A stretch of 64,000 nucleotides of DNA from Lytechinus pictus (lineage: Eukaryota): positions 32,242,001-32,306,000 of the forward strand of contig NC_087245.1 of NCBI RefSeq assembly GCF_037042905.1, written 5' to 3'. The position numbers were made by a program, and so were the translations under genes. The notes beneath the pieces were generated by a model. The model worked only from the letters and a program-made list of their open reading frames with translations. It was not told the DNA's origin and did no database searches. This document shows positions 49,642 through 61,649 of this stretch, piece after piece (the stretch's first letter is position 1; each line of letters starts with the position of its first letter).

Positions 49642-52600
49642 ATACTGTATACATTATGGATCCGTTCATCGTTAAAGACACCTACCGTGTAGCAGTATAC
49701 TATGCCTTTATATCTCTTTATACACTTAACTTTTTTATGTACCTTCTCATTATAATAATTGGTGTGTACATGTGTGCTTGTGTGTGTGTGTGTGCCTGGT
49801 TTTTTTTTTTTTTTTTTTTTCCCCCAATTTAGATATTAATTATTTTTCATATTACATTTCCATTTTAAATGTTTGATTCACAAATATTTCCGTTTCACTC
49901 ACTTAGCAACGCTGATTTACAACAAGAATTCAAAACATATCAGAACGATGAAACAATCTATTCTGATATCAGTATTGATGAGCTTAACTCTCAGTCTTTA
50001 TATGAAACTTTTAATTATGATACCCATGATGTTCATGATTCTTTCCTTTGTGATATTGATCCTGATAGCAATTTTTTGAGAACTTCTGTAACATGTAAAT
50101 ACTGGCTTGCTCATGAATTCAATAAATCCTTAGCAAACTCTAATAATGTATTCAGTATGATTCACTTCAATGCAAGAAGTTTACGAAAAAATATAGATTC
50201 TATAAACCTATTTTTACATCAATTAAGGATAAATTTTTCTGTGATTGGTATTACGGAAACTTGGATCCATGCTGGTACTCCTCTTTTATTTGACACTGAT
50301 GAATATTCTTTTTATCATGTTGATAGAATGAAAAGTAGAGGTGGAGGAGTTGGTTTCTTTATAAAAAATTGTATCAATGTCTGTATTCGATCAGATATAA
50401 GTATGCCTGTAAATCTTTGTGAATCAATTTTTATTGAGATTAATCATACAAAGAAAAAGAACATTATTATCGGCATTATTTATAGAGATCCAAAACAGGC
50501 CATAAATAAGTTTAATGAATCTTTTAACATGTGTCTAGAGAAAATTCAAAAAGAAAATAAAGAAGTTTATATTATGGGAGATATGAATATTAATTTATTG
50601 CAACAATCGTTTAAATGTATAAATGATTTTGTCGATATTGTATATAGTAATTCATTTCAGCCAGTGATTGACAAACCGACTAGAATATCAAAATCTTCTG
50701 TCACGTTAATTGATAATATTTTTACGAATACCAGCTTTGATACATTTAAATCAGGTATACTTTACAGTGATGTAAGTGATCACTTACCGGTATTTCTTTT
50801 ATCTGTCAATGACAAAAAATACAGCAATGTTAATCACTCCACTACTGAGAATACTGATGCTTACTCTAGGAAAATAAATGATACTACCATAAATAAATTC
50901 AAGGATGATTTGTTGGTCACTGACTGGAGCGAACTCTTATCAAAGTCAACTACAGAAGATGCTTATAATATTTTTTGTCTTAAATTCAAACAACTATATG
51001 ATAAGAATTTTATTTGTAGAAGAATTAAAAGAAAGAATACTCCTCGTAAACCATGGTTAACAAGATCATTATTGAAATGTATACATAAAAAAGATCGTTT
51101 GTATAAGAATTTTATTCACAATTCCTCCAATATTCATATAGAAGCGAGATATAAGAGGTATAGAAATATTCTAACTGCAATTTTAAGAAAAGCAAGGAAG
51201 GAGTACTATGCTCATTTACTTGAAATTAACAAGAAAAGTATGACAAGGGTATGGCAAATAATAAATGACCTACTACATAAACAAAACAAAAATAAAAACA
51301 AATATCCTTCATATTTTATTAAAAATGGAACTAAAATTGAAAATAATGAATATATTGCAGAAGAATTTAATTCATACTTCACTAATATCTCTATGAATCT
51401 TCAAAGAGAAATTAGGTCTGATTCAGGCTCAAAAGATTTTTCCTTTTATTTACCTGAAGAGTGTAGCCAGTCTATTTATTTTCATCCAACCAATGAAAAT
51501 GAATTAATAGATATTGTAAAAAATATGAAAAACACAGCCAGTTCTGGTATTGATGAAATAAGTTGTAAGATCATTAAAAAGGTTATTCATTTTATTGCAA
51601 TGCCATTGTCATATATATTCAATTTGTCACTCTGTTCAGGCGATGTTCCGGAGAATATGAAGATTAGTAAGATAATTCCTTTATATAAAAAAGGCGATCC
51701 TCATATGTTTTCAAATTATCGTCCTATATCTATGTTACCGTGTCTTTCAAAAATATTGGAAAAAATTGTTTATGTAAGATTATTTAGTCATCTTGAAAAA
51801 TATGCATTATTAAGTAATTGTCAATATGGCTTTAGACCCCATCATTCATGTGACCTTGCAGTTGTTGATTTACAGGATCGACTAGTGACAAAGATGAATA
51901 ATGGTCTTCATTCCTTAGGAATTTTTCTTGATCTTACTAAAGCATTTGATCTTATAAACCATGATATATTGTTGTACAAACTGAAGAATTTTGGTATCCG
52001 AGGTATTCCATTACAATGGTTTCATAATTACTTAACCAATAGAACTCAGTACACTTTATTCAAAAATTGCTCCTCTTCTTTTACAAATATTACTTCAGGT
52101 ATTCCTCAAGGTTCAATTCTCGGTCCTTTGATTTTTCTACTATATATTAATGATTTAAGTAAATTATCAGACTTTTTTGAGTTTATCTTATTTGCTGATG
52201 ACACCACAATTATTGCATCAGATCATAATCTTTTTAATTTAATAAACAAAACAAATAGTGAACTGATTAAAATTACTAACTGGTTTAATGCAAACAAACT
52301 TATTGTCAACTATGAAAAAACAAACTTTTTATATTTCTCAAACAAAAATACTGTTCATAATCAATTGAATATTTCCTTAATTATGAATAATGTCAATCTT
52401 ACAATGACCAGAAATGTTAAATTTCTTGGAGTCACCCTTGATGATAGGATTAATTTCAGTGAGCATAGATTGGAAATATGTAGGAAAGTATCAAAAAGTA
52501 TAGGCATTTTATTTAAACTCCAATCTATTCTTCCCGAAAAACATCTGATAATGCTATACAATTCTTTAATCCTTCCTTATTTACAATACTGTAATATTGC

Positions 52601-53568
52601 ATGGGGAGGGACAGGTTCAACAAAACTTGAACCCTTGCACAAACTTCAGAAAAAGGCTTTACGAATTTGTACATCTTCTCATTTCCTTGCCCATTCTCAA
52701 CCAATATTCTTTAGACTTAAAACGTTGAATATTTTTGATATTCATACTTACCAAACTGCTATTCTAATGTTCAAACTAAAAAAAACAATATTACCTAGCA
52801 ATATCTCTTCATTTTTTCAACAAAATAAGCATATTCATTCTTACAATACCCGACAAAGTTCAAAATTACACTATTCAAAAGTAGAAAATGATCGCTCACT
52901 GAGATTAATCCGTCATCAAGGTCCTCGGATATGGAATACTCTGAATGTGAATGTTACATCATGCAGCTATTTAAACTCTTTTAAACAAAAATGTAAATCA
53001 AGCTTGCTATCCACTTATAGTCACTAAATATATATATTTTTTTTCTCTCTCTCTAATAATTGGATAATATGTATGTACATTGTGCTTTACCGGTATTTGA
53101 TGCGTCTCACTCTTTGTGGCTGGTTCACTTGAAACTTTTTTTTTTTTTCTCTTCATTTACAAATTTTAGAGTGACTTGTTCCAGGCACAATTGACTGGGC
53201 ACAAATACCTCCCCCCCCCCCCATGCCTGTGTGATTGACTGTGTGGTGTGGATGTGTTTGTTTTGTTTTTGCTTTGTTACTCTGTTTAAACGCTTTTTTT
53301 TTTTTTTTATCATCTTCTTTGTGTACACAATCTACTGAATTTTTGTTCCTGGGGGGAACATTTAACCCACAAGCTTTGCTTTTTAGTTCCCCCCTTTTTC
53401 CTCATCTACTATATTATTGTACATGAATTATGAAATGCATTTTTTTATGCTCTCTTTATGTATGTAAATATTTAATGACTAGAAATGCATTTATAATGTT
53501 ATGTGTTGTAAATATGAATTTTTTTTTTTTTTTACTGATATGGAAATAAAGACATTGAATTGAATTGA
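49642..53568 (+). mobile_element. CR1/L2-type non-LTR retrotransposon with intact ORF2
   Basis: ORF2, an ~520-bp 3' UTR, and an aataaa plus (TTGAA)3 tail. It sits in an (AAT/ACT)n tract. The 5' boundary is approximate. Confidence 0.9.
49869..53027 (+). CDS. LINE ORF2: APE endonuclease + reverse transcriptase, 1052 aa
   Basis: Uninterrupted ORF with HFNARSL, ITETW, GGGVG, GDMN, LIDNIF, SDH, YRPISML, QYGFR, DLTKAFD, GIPQGSILGP, FADDT and FLGV motifs. Confidence 0.97.
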   Translation: MFDSQIFPFHSLSNADLQQEFKTYQNDETIYSDISIDELNSQSLYETFNYDTHDVHDSFLCDIDPDSNFLRTSVTCKYWLAHEFNKSLANSNNVFSMIHFNARSLRKNIDSINLFLHQLRINFSVIGITETWIHAGTPLLFDTDEYSFYHVDRMKSRGGGVGFFIKNCINVCIRSDISMPVNLCESIFIEINHTKKKNIIIGIIYRDPKQAINKFNESFNMCLEKIQKENKEVYIMGDMNINLLQQSFKCINDFVDIVYSNSFQPVIDKPTRISKSSVTLIDNIFTNTSFDTFKSGILYSDVSDHLPVFLLSVNDKKYSNVNHSTTENTDAYSRKINDTTINKFKDDLLVTDWSELLSKSTTEDAYNIFCLKFKQLYDKNFICRRIKRKNTPRKPWLTRSLLKCIHKKDRLYKNFIHNSSNIHIEARYKRYRNILTAILRKARKEYYAHLLEINKKSMTRVWQIINDLLHKQNKNKNKYPSYFIKNGTKIENNEYIAEEFNSYFTNISMNLQREIRSDSGSKDFSFYLPEECSQSIYFHPTNENELIDIVKNMKNTASSGIDEISCKIIKKVIHFIAMPLSYIFNLSLCSGDVPENMKISKIIPLYKKGDPHMFSNYRPISMLPCLSKILEKIVYVRLFSHLEKYALLSNCQYGFRPHHSCDLAVVDLQDRLVTKMNNGLHSLGIFLDLTKAFDLINHDILLYKLKNFGIRGIPLQWFHNYLTNRTQYTLFKNCSSSFTNITSGIPQGSILGPLIFLLYINDLSKLSDFFEFILFADDTTIIASDHNLFNLINKTNSELIKITNWFNANKLIVNYEKTNFLYFSNKNTVHNQLNISLIMNNVNLTMTRNVKFLGVTLDDRINFSEHRLEICRKVSKSIGILFKLQSILPEKHLIMLYNSLILPYLQYCNIAWGGTGSTKLEPLHKLQKKALRICTSSHFLAHSQPIFFRLKTLNIFDIHTYQTAILMFKLKKTILPSNISSFFQQNKHIHSYNTRQSSKLHYSKVENDRSLRLIRHQGPRIWNTLNVNVTSCSYLNSFKQKCKSSLLSTYSH

Positions 53569-54019
53569 AATACTACTACTAATAATAAAAAGAGAGAAAT
53601 CTTTGTGTATCATCAGTGTACAGTGAATAATATTGACCAAAGACATTAAACCCATAGGTATTCGATAAAAAGAATGGACTGTTTAGTTTGGATATAGATA
53701 TGGGATTACTTATGAGAAAGCAATCCATGCCATGACAGTACATAGTCGGGGGCAGTTCCCTCCCCCCCCCCCCCCCAAGAAATTGTGAAAACTTTTTTTT
53801 TGCTGATTTTTTTTACACGATTCACCAAAAGTATGCACAAAATCATTCAATTTCACTTTAAGAAATGTAAAAGCGCAAAATGGCAAGCTCGGTCGCTTCG
53901 CACCCTTGCTTTTGAGTAAATTTGTGTAAATTTGTTCACATATCGATTAGATTCATCATCATCACTCAGTCCAGTCTCTTAAGTTAAATAACAATTGTGA
54001 GATAATGGTATTCAGTTCC

Positions 54020-54230
54020 TGGATAGGGCGTTTCCAGAAGCACTTGGATATTACTCTTGCTTCAGCCCGGCAAGTCTTTAATAGTAGCACACAACATTTC
54101 AAGGAATAAACACCCGCCGGGTACCTATTTCCTCACCCAGGCCGGGTGCAGCACAATGCGAATTTAAATAATTTCGAACCCATGACCCTCTGTTTCAAAG
54201 TCCAAAAACTAATTAACTGCGCCACACAAC
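54020..54230 (-). mobile_element. SINE (9469 family), decayed
   Basis: gggtacctatttcctcacccagg core and a reverse B-box ttcgaaccc. Confidence 0.7.
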
Positions 54231-55110
54231 ACTTCAAAAATATTTAAATTTTCTTTGTTTAAAATTTGGTCAGGACAGATAGGTTTTATTAGAACTTGGA
54301 TAATCTCAAGAAGATATGAATGTACCAACCCTAACAGTGTGAGTGGATACATGGTAGTCTGCACGCACAGACTCAAATTTGACACTTTAACAAATATAGG
54401 CCCACTGTGTCTAGAGTGAAAGCTAGACTCTAATCTTTCGGTCTGTGTTAAAGAAAACACTAATCCTAACCCTATGGCAGAAGTAGCCACAGTAATAGGG
54501 CGAATCTAGTCTTAATACTTCAGATTTTTTAGATTTATTAATTTTTTATTTATTATTTTTTAATCCATTTATTTTATTTTATTTATATATTCATATTTAT
54601 CTTATTTATTTATTTATTCTTTTTTTTTCGGGGGGGGGGGGGGATTTATTTACTGTCCCCTATGATGTTTGCGTTCAAGTGTTCTAAGTGATAATGGAGG
54701 TCACAAGAAATACAGCCATAATTATTCTGCCTTGCTCTTCAGCATTAACAATAATTATTAAGTCAAGATGTGTAGCTTCATGTTTCCCCTCGATGATGTG
54801 AAGTGTCATCCAGTCAATGAAATAATGGAAACACTTAAAATGGATGTCATGTAGAATTGATATGGAAGAGGGTTCACAAGGACGAGTGTTACGTATGTTT
54901 GTCTACATCAAAAGACTTTCGACCAATTAACCTGATTTTCAATGTTAACTGAAGTACACACTCTAGACCTTACTCATTTTAACCACAAAGAAGTCAACAA
55001 TGCACCTTTGGGGACTGTTCTGAAACCGAAAGCAAGGTTAATAAGATTAGGCTAAGCAGAAAATAATTTTGATGTTGATAAACATAATCCTCTTGTCTTG
55101 TGGACTTATG

Positions 55111-55373
55111 GGCCACGTCTTACAAAGAGTTGCACTTGATCCAATCAATCGCAACTATGGAAAGCCAGCAAAGTCAACATCTAAAATGCATGTTTGTTTA
55201 AAAATTTCTTTAGATACGAATGTATTGTAATAAATTCATTGATTTCTTGACAATATGGTGTGTTCTCCTTTGTTCACAAAGGACATGTTGCAAATTTCCT
55301 GTAAAAAATTATGACACTGATGGATTTCCATAGAGTTACGATTGATTGGATCAATCGTAACTCTTTGAAAGAC
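55111..55373. mobile_element. Harbinger-like MITE of the GGCCCCGTCTTACAAAG family
   Basis: Similar to 17901-18182, with the right tip degraded. Confidence 0.8.
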
Positions 55374-56711
55374 CTCCAAGAACTTATCTAAAATGAGCCA
55401 ATGAGAAAAAAAAGAAGTAATTTCTATGGACTGAAAATATTGTGTAGCCTAAAAACCAAATGGCACCCCTGATTCAATATCCCTCTAAATTACCACATCA
55501 GGTAATTATATTTTACACAATTCTGATATGAATTTGATGAATGAGGTTGAATCATCTCTCTCATGGACCATTTAAAATCAAATGAATAAATTCTCAAATC
55601 ACACACAAAATTAAAAATCACATGACTTCATCATTCAAATCTAACCATGCAGTTTGCGAATGCTACAACAGAGGGAAAATAACAATTCAAATTCTTTTAG
55701 ACGAGCATTTCATGATTTATTCCACACAAAATACAATCACAGCCACCTTGATGAATGTAGAACAACGTATCATGATCGAAAATAAATTGAATTTTACAGT
55801 ACATCATAGAAATCATGCAGCAACCTAACTCTATTTAAATATATACATGAGTATTTCAGAAAATAATGGCACAACATATTTATGCATAACAAAAAGAAGG
55901 AAATGATTGGCTTTGATTCTGAGCAGGACATGGTCATGGTAGAGTAGGTCTGTAGTGTTAACAAGGTTCTTTAATAGTCAATCACATTTATAGAAATGTA
56001 CATCATTCTTCTTGATCATCATCTTTCCTCTGTTAGTCATCACAATTCCCATCAACTTCCTAACATTTTTCCAACATACCACATTCACTCTTCTTTCCTT
56101 TTGTCTTTTGTTAATGCTCATGTTCACACAAATTTCAGTGTAGCAAAATTATTATTTTAAGATTGGCTCTTTCCCAGACTTAAATTCATTATTCAGTAGC
56201 AACTATTCATATTCTATGTATATTTATATATTTCCTTTATTCTTTGTTGTACAATTATAAATCAGACATGTGAATATCTTTGTGCAAGATAAACCTGTGA
56301 GGTTTAAAAATGTAAAGCCCAAGGCAGTTCACCACAGGCAAGCAAGAAGTTGTTTTTTAAAGTCATGTCTCTGTAAGTCAGAACCACGCCTTTTGCCTCT
56401 CTATAATACCAACAACTGGGTGTGAGGACATGACCCAATGCAGTATCACACGTATGTTATTACAGAGCATAAAGTTATGATGTCACAGTACTTTGTTACA
56501 TCATAGTGATGGTTCTCAACAGGAAATCCCTGCATGAAGAAAGCATCAGTGGATCAGAGCAGGTTTCTTTTTAAGCAACCAAATCAATATGAGACACTTC
56601 GGCTATTTGAAATGAGAAACCGCTGGATATTTAATCTGATCAAAACTTGCATAGGAACATCTGGATGAAATTATATTTGCTTTACCTGGTTTTTCAATTA
56701 GTTCGGGTCTA

Positions 56712-58321
56712 CAGTGCGTATCAAAAAAAGTTTACACTTAGAAAAAATCCTGTAAAATTATAAATTTGTAATATCCTGTAGATTTTTCCACATTTTATCA
56801 TTGGTACAGATCCATTTAAGCAAATGACGATACATCTGTCGAAATATATTTCCGCTTGAGTGAGCACCACATACTTTTGAAAAGTTAGTGAAAAATGATT
56901 TGCGCAGAACTTTGAAATAGTTATGCGAATAAAAGTAGACCTTAATCATAAACACGTGGAATTTAGCTAGTAAAATTGATTTGAAGATATCTTTTACATT
57001 TTTTAACTTGTTTCCTTGCTCAAAACACTTCGAAGAGTGCATTGCGCCCCACCCCACTCCCCCACACACCGAGGCCATCGTGACGATACTTGCTTTACAC
57101 TGAGCTGTGATTTACTGTTATGTGATGATAAGGCATATCTCACATATTCAATAATATATCAATACATAATCAATACTTAATCAATGCTTCTGCAGGAAGT
57201 ATAACAGGAAACTATGTCTACCAATTCCAACTTTCTGAAGAAAGTATTACTCATCCATCTTTCAGCTAAACTTCTGACCACACACATTTTATGGGTTTGT
57301 TATTCACTACATTTCATGTTCTCACTAAAAGGTTAACTCCCCCAATTCAGAGGAAAGTTATGACGTAAAGATTGTTTTGGTCAAGCGTCCAAGGTTGACC
57401 AACACCTGTTTGGTTGTAAAGAGTCTGGACCAGACCAATATAAAAGGGGTTCACTTCTGAACCAAAGGAGATTACTTTAGAGATTGTTCCAGCATACAGA
57501 TAGATTAGAGATTGGAGTTTAGAGCTACAGAAAAGTATACTACATCAGTTTGCAGCATTTATATTATCTTCATCTTCAGAGTATAGTCACCATCAGACTT
57601 ACTCATGTATTTGTCATTATCATCAAGTAATCATCTTTAATTAATAATTGTATATATGAACTGTACATCCTGCATCGACTCGTCTCATTTCAAGTCTGGT
57701 TGAAAGTAAAAGCGCAATATATCCCCGGACAACACAACATTACATGAAATGGCTTAGGCTTGATTTTCAGTTTGTTAATAATTGGTCAAGCTTGGAAAGG
57801 GTGTGGAGAAACAAGTATTAAATAAAAAATGTAATGTAAACCCAATTTAAATGATAAAAACTTAGTGGAGAAATGCCAGAGATGTCGATATAAACTTTTG
57901 TTCAGATTTAATTATGACCTCAGATCCAGCTGGCACAAAAAGGGTAAAGGTTGTGCTTACTAAGTGTTGAAATTTCAATTTGGGTGGCAAAATCATTACA
58001 AAATGCTTGAATGTATCCGTTTTATTTCAATTGACTAAAAGTGCAAGGGAAATGTATTAGAAATGTTTCGCGGGGTAAGTTTGATTTCGCCCTTTCCCCT
58101 TGACACAGCGTGAAAATGAGCATTTCTGCGCAAACAGATTTCTGCAAGCTTTACAAAAATGGACAGTGCTCACTCAAGTGTAACATTCTGTCAAAACTTT
58201 TACTTTCATTGGATAGATGAGACCCAAACCCAAGATTGTTTGTGAAAAAATTACCCACATGTTGTATATTTTTAATTCCCAGGGCTTTTTCAAAGTGTAA
58301 ACTTTTTTTTGATACGCACTG
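56712..58321. mobile_element. ~980-bp Tc1/mariner-like element (copy 2) with a nested solo LTR
   Basis: Same TIRs and TA TSD as 24826-27264. An extra orphan right end lies at about 58440-58523. Confidence 0.9.
57116..57739 (+). mobile_element. Solo LTR, probably Gypsy-type, 624 bp
   Basis: TGT...ACA ends (tgttatgt / acacaaca), a 4-bp TSD ttac, a TATAAAA at about 57440 and an AGTAAA near the 3' end. It is absent from host copy 1. Confidence 0.85.
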
Positions 58322-58879
58322 TATAATGGCATTACTGGTCCTTCATTTAGAAATTGTTGAGACTAGCTACTGATGATGCAATGATAACATCTACAATTCT
58401 GTTTTTAGAAGAAAACATAAGAAAATTGACAGTCTTATGAATGTGAAAAAAATACCCACATGCTGTATATTTTTCAATTCCCAGGGCTTTTTGAAAGTGT
58501 AAACTTTTTTTTTATACGCACTGTATAAGTATAACCTAGACATATAATTGAAACATTGGCTCGTATAGTTGGTAAAAAAAGTACATACAAGTTGTTTGTA
58601 ATTCAGTCCCATATTCAGGCCACTGCTTAATCCATTTTATAAAGTAAAGAAACTGGTAAATGGATCAATATATGATACAAAGCTTTGTCAACCAATATAC
58701 AGATATACCCAGCTTTGAGAAATTTTAATATAGAATCAATCATCCAAGGGTAGACTGGCAATCACTGTACAAATAATAATGCAGTCCAACCGATAATTAA
58801 TAATTCCCTGAATACTCTTGAAATAAACACCTGTTATATTTGGTTTACATTGGTAAGAGAGTAGTAATCATGTAATTTT

Positions 58880-59088
58880 GATCATGTGACCTGAAACTCA
58901 TGCCACATCACATGATCAGTAACACCTGATTACCCATATGTTTAGTTTCATTAATAGGTCCTAATACTTTCAAAATAATGATGATATTTCATGAACTTAA
59001 TCTTGGTCAAGATTTGTTGTCGACAACAATGCCAGCGTCGTAAAAGTGGTGCCTACATCCTGCTCCTGCTATGCAGGTAAGACAAAAA
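58880..59088 (+). mobile_element. Decayed HINE-type element, same family as 1-398
   Basis: tgtgacctgaaactca core and an aaagtggtgcctaca...ctatgcaggtaagacaaaaa 3' end. Confidence 0.65.
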
Positions 59089-60355
59089 TGATGTCAGAAT
59101 CTTGGTATAGCGGAAAATATAGCGAAGTCACGCCATATCCATTTTCCTTCATGGAAAAAATTATTTCAATACACATTATAAGTCCAATCCTATTTCAATC
59201 ATTTCAACAGTCTGAGAATCTTATTACTTAAATTACATAGAAATTTTTTGCATGTGATGCATTGCCTTATTAGCACATGGAATATGCTCTCACTCAGAAG
59301 ACTTGTGTGAGTTGTTATATAAAAGAATATATAAAGAAATATAGATGATCCCAGAGTGTACAATTACATTCCATTGCAATCCTACACATAGAACCGCAAC
59401 CCCTCCCCCCCAAAAAAACCCCACTAAATAAAAAAATACAACAGTACACAAACACAAACTTGAGACAAACAAAAATATATATCATATTAACATGTCGAGA
59501 TATCTGTTCATCTTTATATATAACTATGTGTGATATCATTGATATTTCAGAGGAATTATTTGGCATGATTATGGTCATCATGCACGTATTTTTGCAATAC
59601 AGTGCAAAGAACGAGAGATGTATTTCCAAGAAAGCATGGTTTCTCTTGATTTGAATTCATTGCAGACTACAATGCTGCCAGAAAAAACATTATTATTATA
59701 TTAATTTTTGAGGGCTACTTTTCACATCTTACTGCATAAACCTGCAACATTGGACAAGCTTTAACATTGCAATGAATGGGCATTTTTCAGTGCTGTTTTG
59801 AGCATTTCATGGGCAAAATTACCCTGATCACATATGTAATTTTTTCTATGGCAGTAGATAACTTTGAACCCTGTAGAGTTTCCTACAAATTACTTTACAG
59901 TAAGAAAGGATACTTCGATATCCCACACAAAATGGTCAATATACCTCCCATTTTTTTTTTAAATCATAAATGGAGAATATTTCTTTGGTGGTTAACTTTC
60001 TATTCATGAAAAGCATCTAAATTCTTGAGAACAAAAACCTTTCCATGTATGCTCACATGATGATATCAATGACCTGCTTAAGTTATAGGTGTGTACTAAT
60101 TTTAAGACCATTTATATTTACAGTAAATGTACATGTATGTGTACTGCATACTAAGGTCAGTATTAAAGTTGATATCACATAGCAACATTGTGCAAAATGG
60201 ATATAAATTGCTATTTTGTTGGCATTTCAAGTACAACAGCTTATGAAGTAAAGTAAATGGACAAACTTCACCATTTTTAGTCGTTTTTCAAAGGGCTTGA
60301 ATATGGCTAATAAAACCTGAAAGTTGTTTAGTGTGTAATATGATTGACTAAAAAG

Positions 60356-60625
60356 GGTCCCGTCTTACAAAGAGTTGTGATTGATCAGATCGATTGCAAC
60401 TATGGAAAGCCCGTTACAATCAACATCTAAAATGCTTGCTTCTTCAAAATCTTTTCTAGGTATGATATGTATTCATACATGCATCGTTTTCTCGAAAATC
60501 AGTGCATCTCTCAATGTTTACAAGAAGACATTGTGGAAATTTCCTGTAGGAAAAATTATGACAGTGATGGATTTCCATATAGATGAGGTTCATCGTATCG
60601 ATCACATCTCTTGTAAGACGGGACC
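60356..60625. mobile_element. Harbinger-like MITE of the GGCCCCGTCTTACAAAG family
   Basis: ggtcccgtcttacaa / ttgtaagacgggacc with aag/cag flanks. Confidence 0.85.
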
Positions 60626-61519
60626 CAGATCCCTGCTTTAAAATTCCACATTAATGTAGTGTCCTGTTTGATGATGATATAAAGCCCTTTGGGATAAAGG
60701 CAGAGAACGGTCGAGAAGGCATTGGGTAAATCCATTCATTGGACCAGAAAGTATAAACATGTATAATCATCTACACTTGACTGAATGTACTGATCCTTAC
60801 AATATTACAAATTATAATTACCAAAAATACTTCATGGCTGGGAGAGACTCTCTTTTTGCACTAGTGTTCCTGCGCTAATTTCAAACAATCGTGAAATGTC
60901 TCAATTTTTTTGGTAAGATTTGATTCAAATGTTAATTAATTTAGAAAATATAGTGTACAACCTGATTTGAACATAAAGTGCAGCTATTTCATTGGAAACT
61001 AACATCGCCTTTAACTGAAATATATTCATACCTCAATCAAACATATTACTGCATTTTTACATTATCTTACATATGAATACCACAAGACTTAGAGTTTTTT
61101 GTAGATATCAGAAGTGTTCAATTGTATAGAAATTCTTAATATGGGTATGTTATGTAGGCCTTATATGTTTTCCCTATTTTGTTAATGTTTTAGGGCCACC
61201 CTGGTAAAATAAAACAAATAAATAAATAAATAAAAAGAAAATGACAAACTTCCCCATTCCCTGGTTCATTGCCACAATGTCTATGTGGATATCTACCATC
61301 ATTCCTCTAAATGGTATTGCTGCAGAGTCTCAAAATTATCACCCATGACTACCCATGCAAAGTCTTGCAAATCTCCCCCAAATAATAGCGATGATGATGA
61401 TGATCATTCATTTTTCAACATGCCTGGCCTTGCATCGGTAAACATCTGTCTGGTCCAAAATTCTGGTAGACTGCTTTCACATAATTGCCGATGACCCAAA
61501 CTTTTGATAGGTCACTGAC

Positions 61520-61580
61520 CTGAGAGTGGATCTTTGAAGTACACTGCATGGGGCCAATCAAAGTTGAATTTATCAAGAAC
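61520..61580 (-). CDS. Candidate near-terminal exon of an unidentified host gene
   Basis: Strong acceptor (tctctctgtcaatttttcctcttaaattcag) and CAG|GTCAGT donor. The phase-0 reading is VLDKFNFDWPHAVYFKDPLS; the frame is not proven. Confidence 0.45.
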
Positions 61581-61649
61581 CTGAATTTAAGAGGAAAAAT
61601 TGACAGAGAGAGAGAGAGAGAGAGAAAAAAAGGATTATACTACCTCTTT

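Noticed and set aside
49869..53027. Retron, DGR or group II intron reverse transcriptase system
   Set aside because: An N-terminal APE domain, a 3' UTR and a simple-repeat tail identify an ordinary non-LTR retrotransposon.
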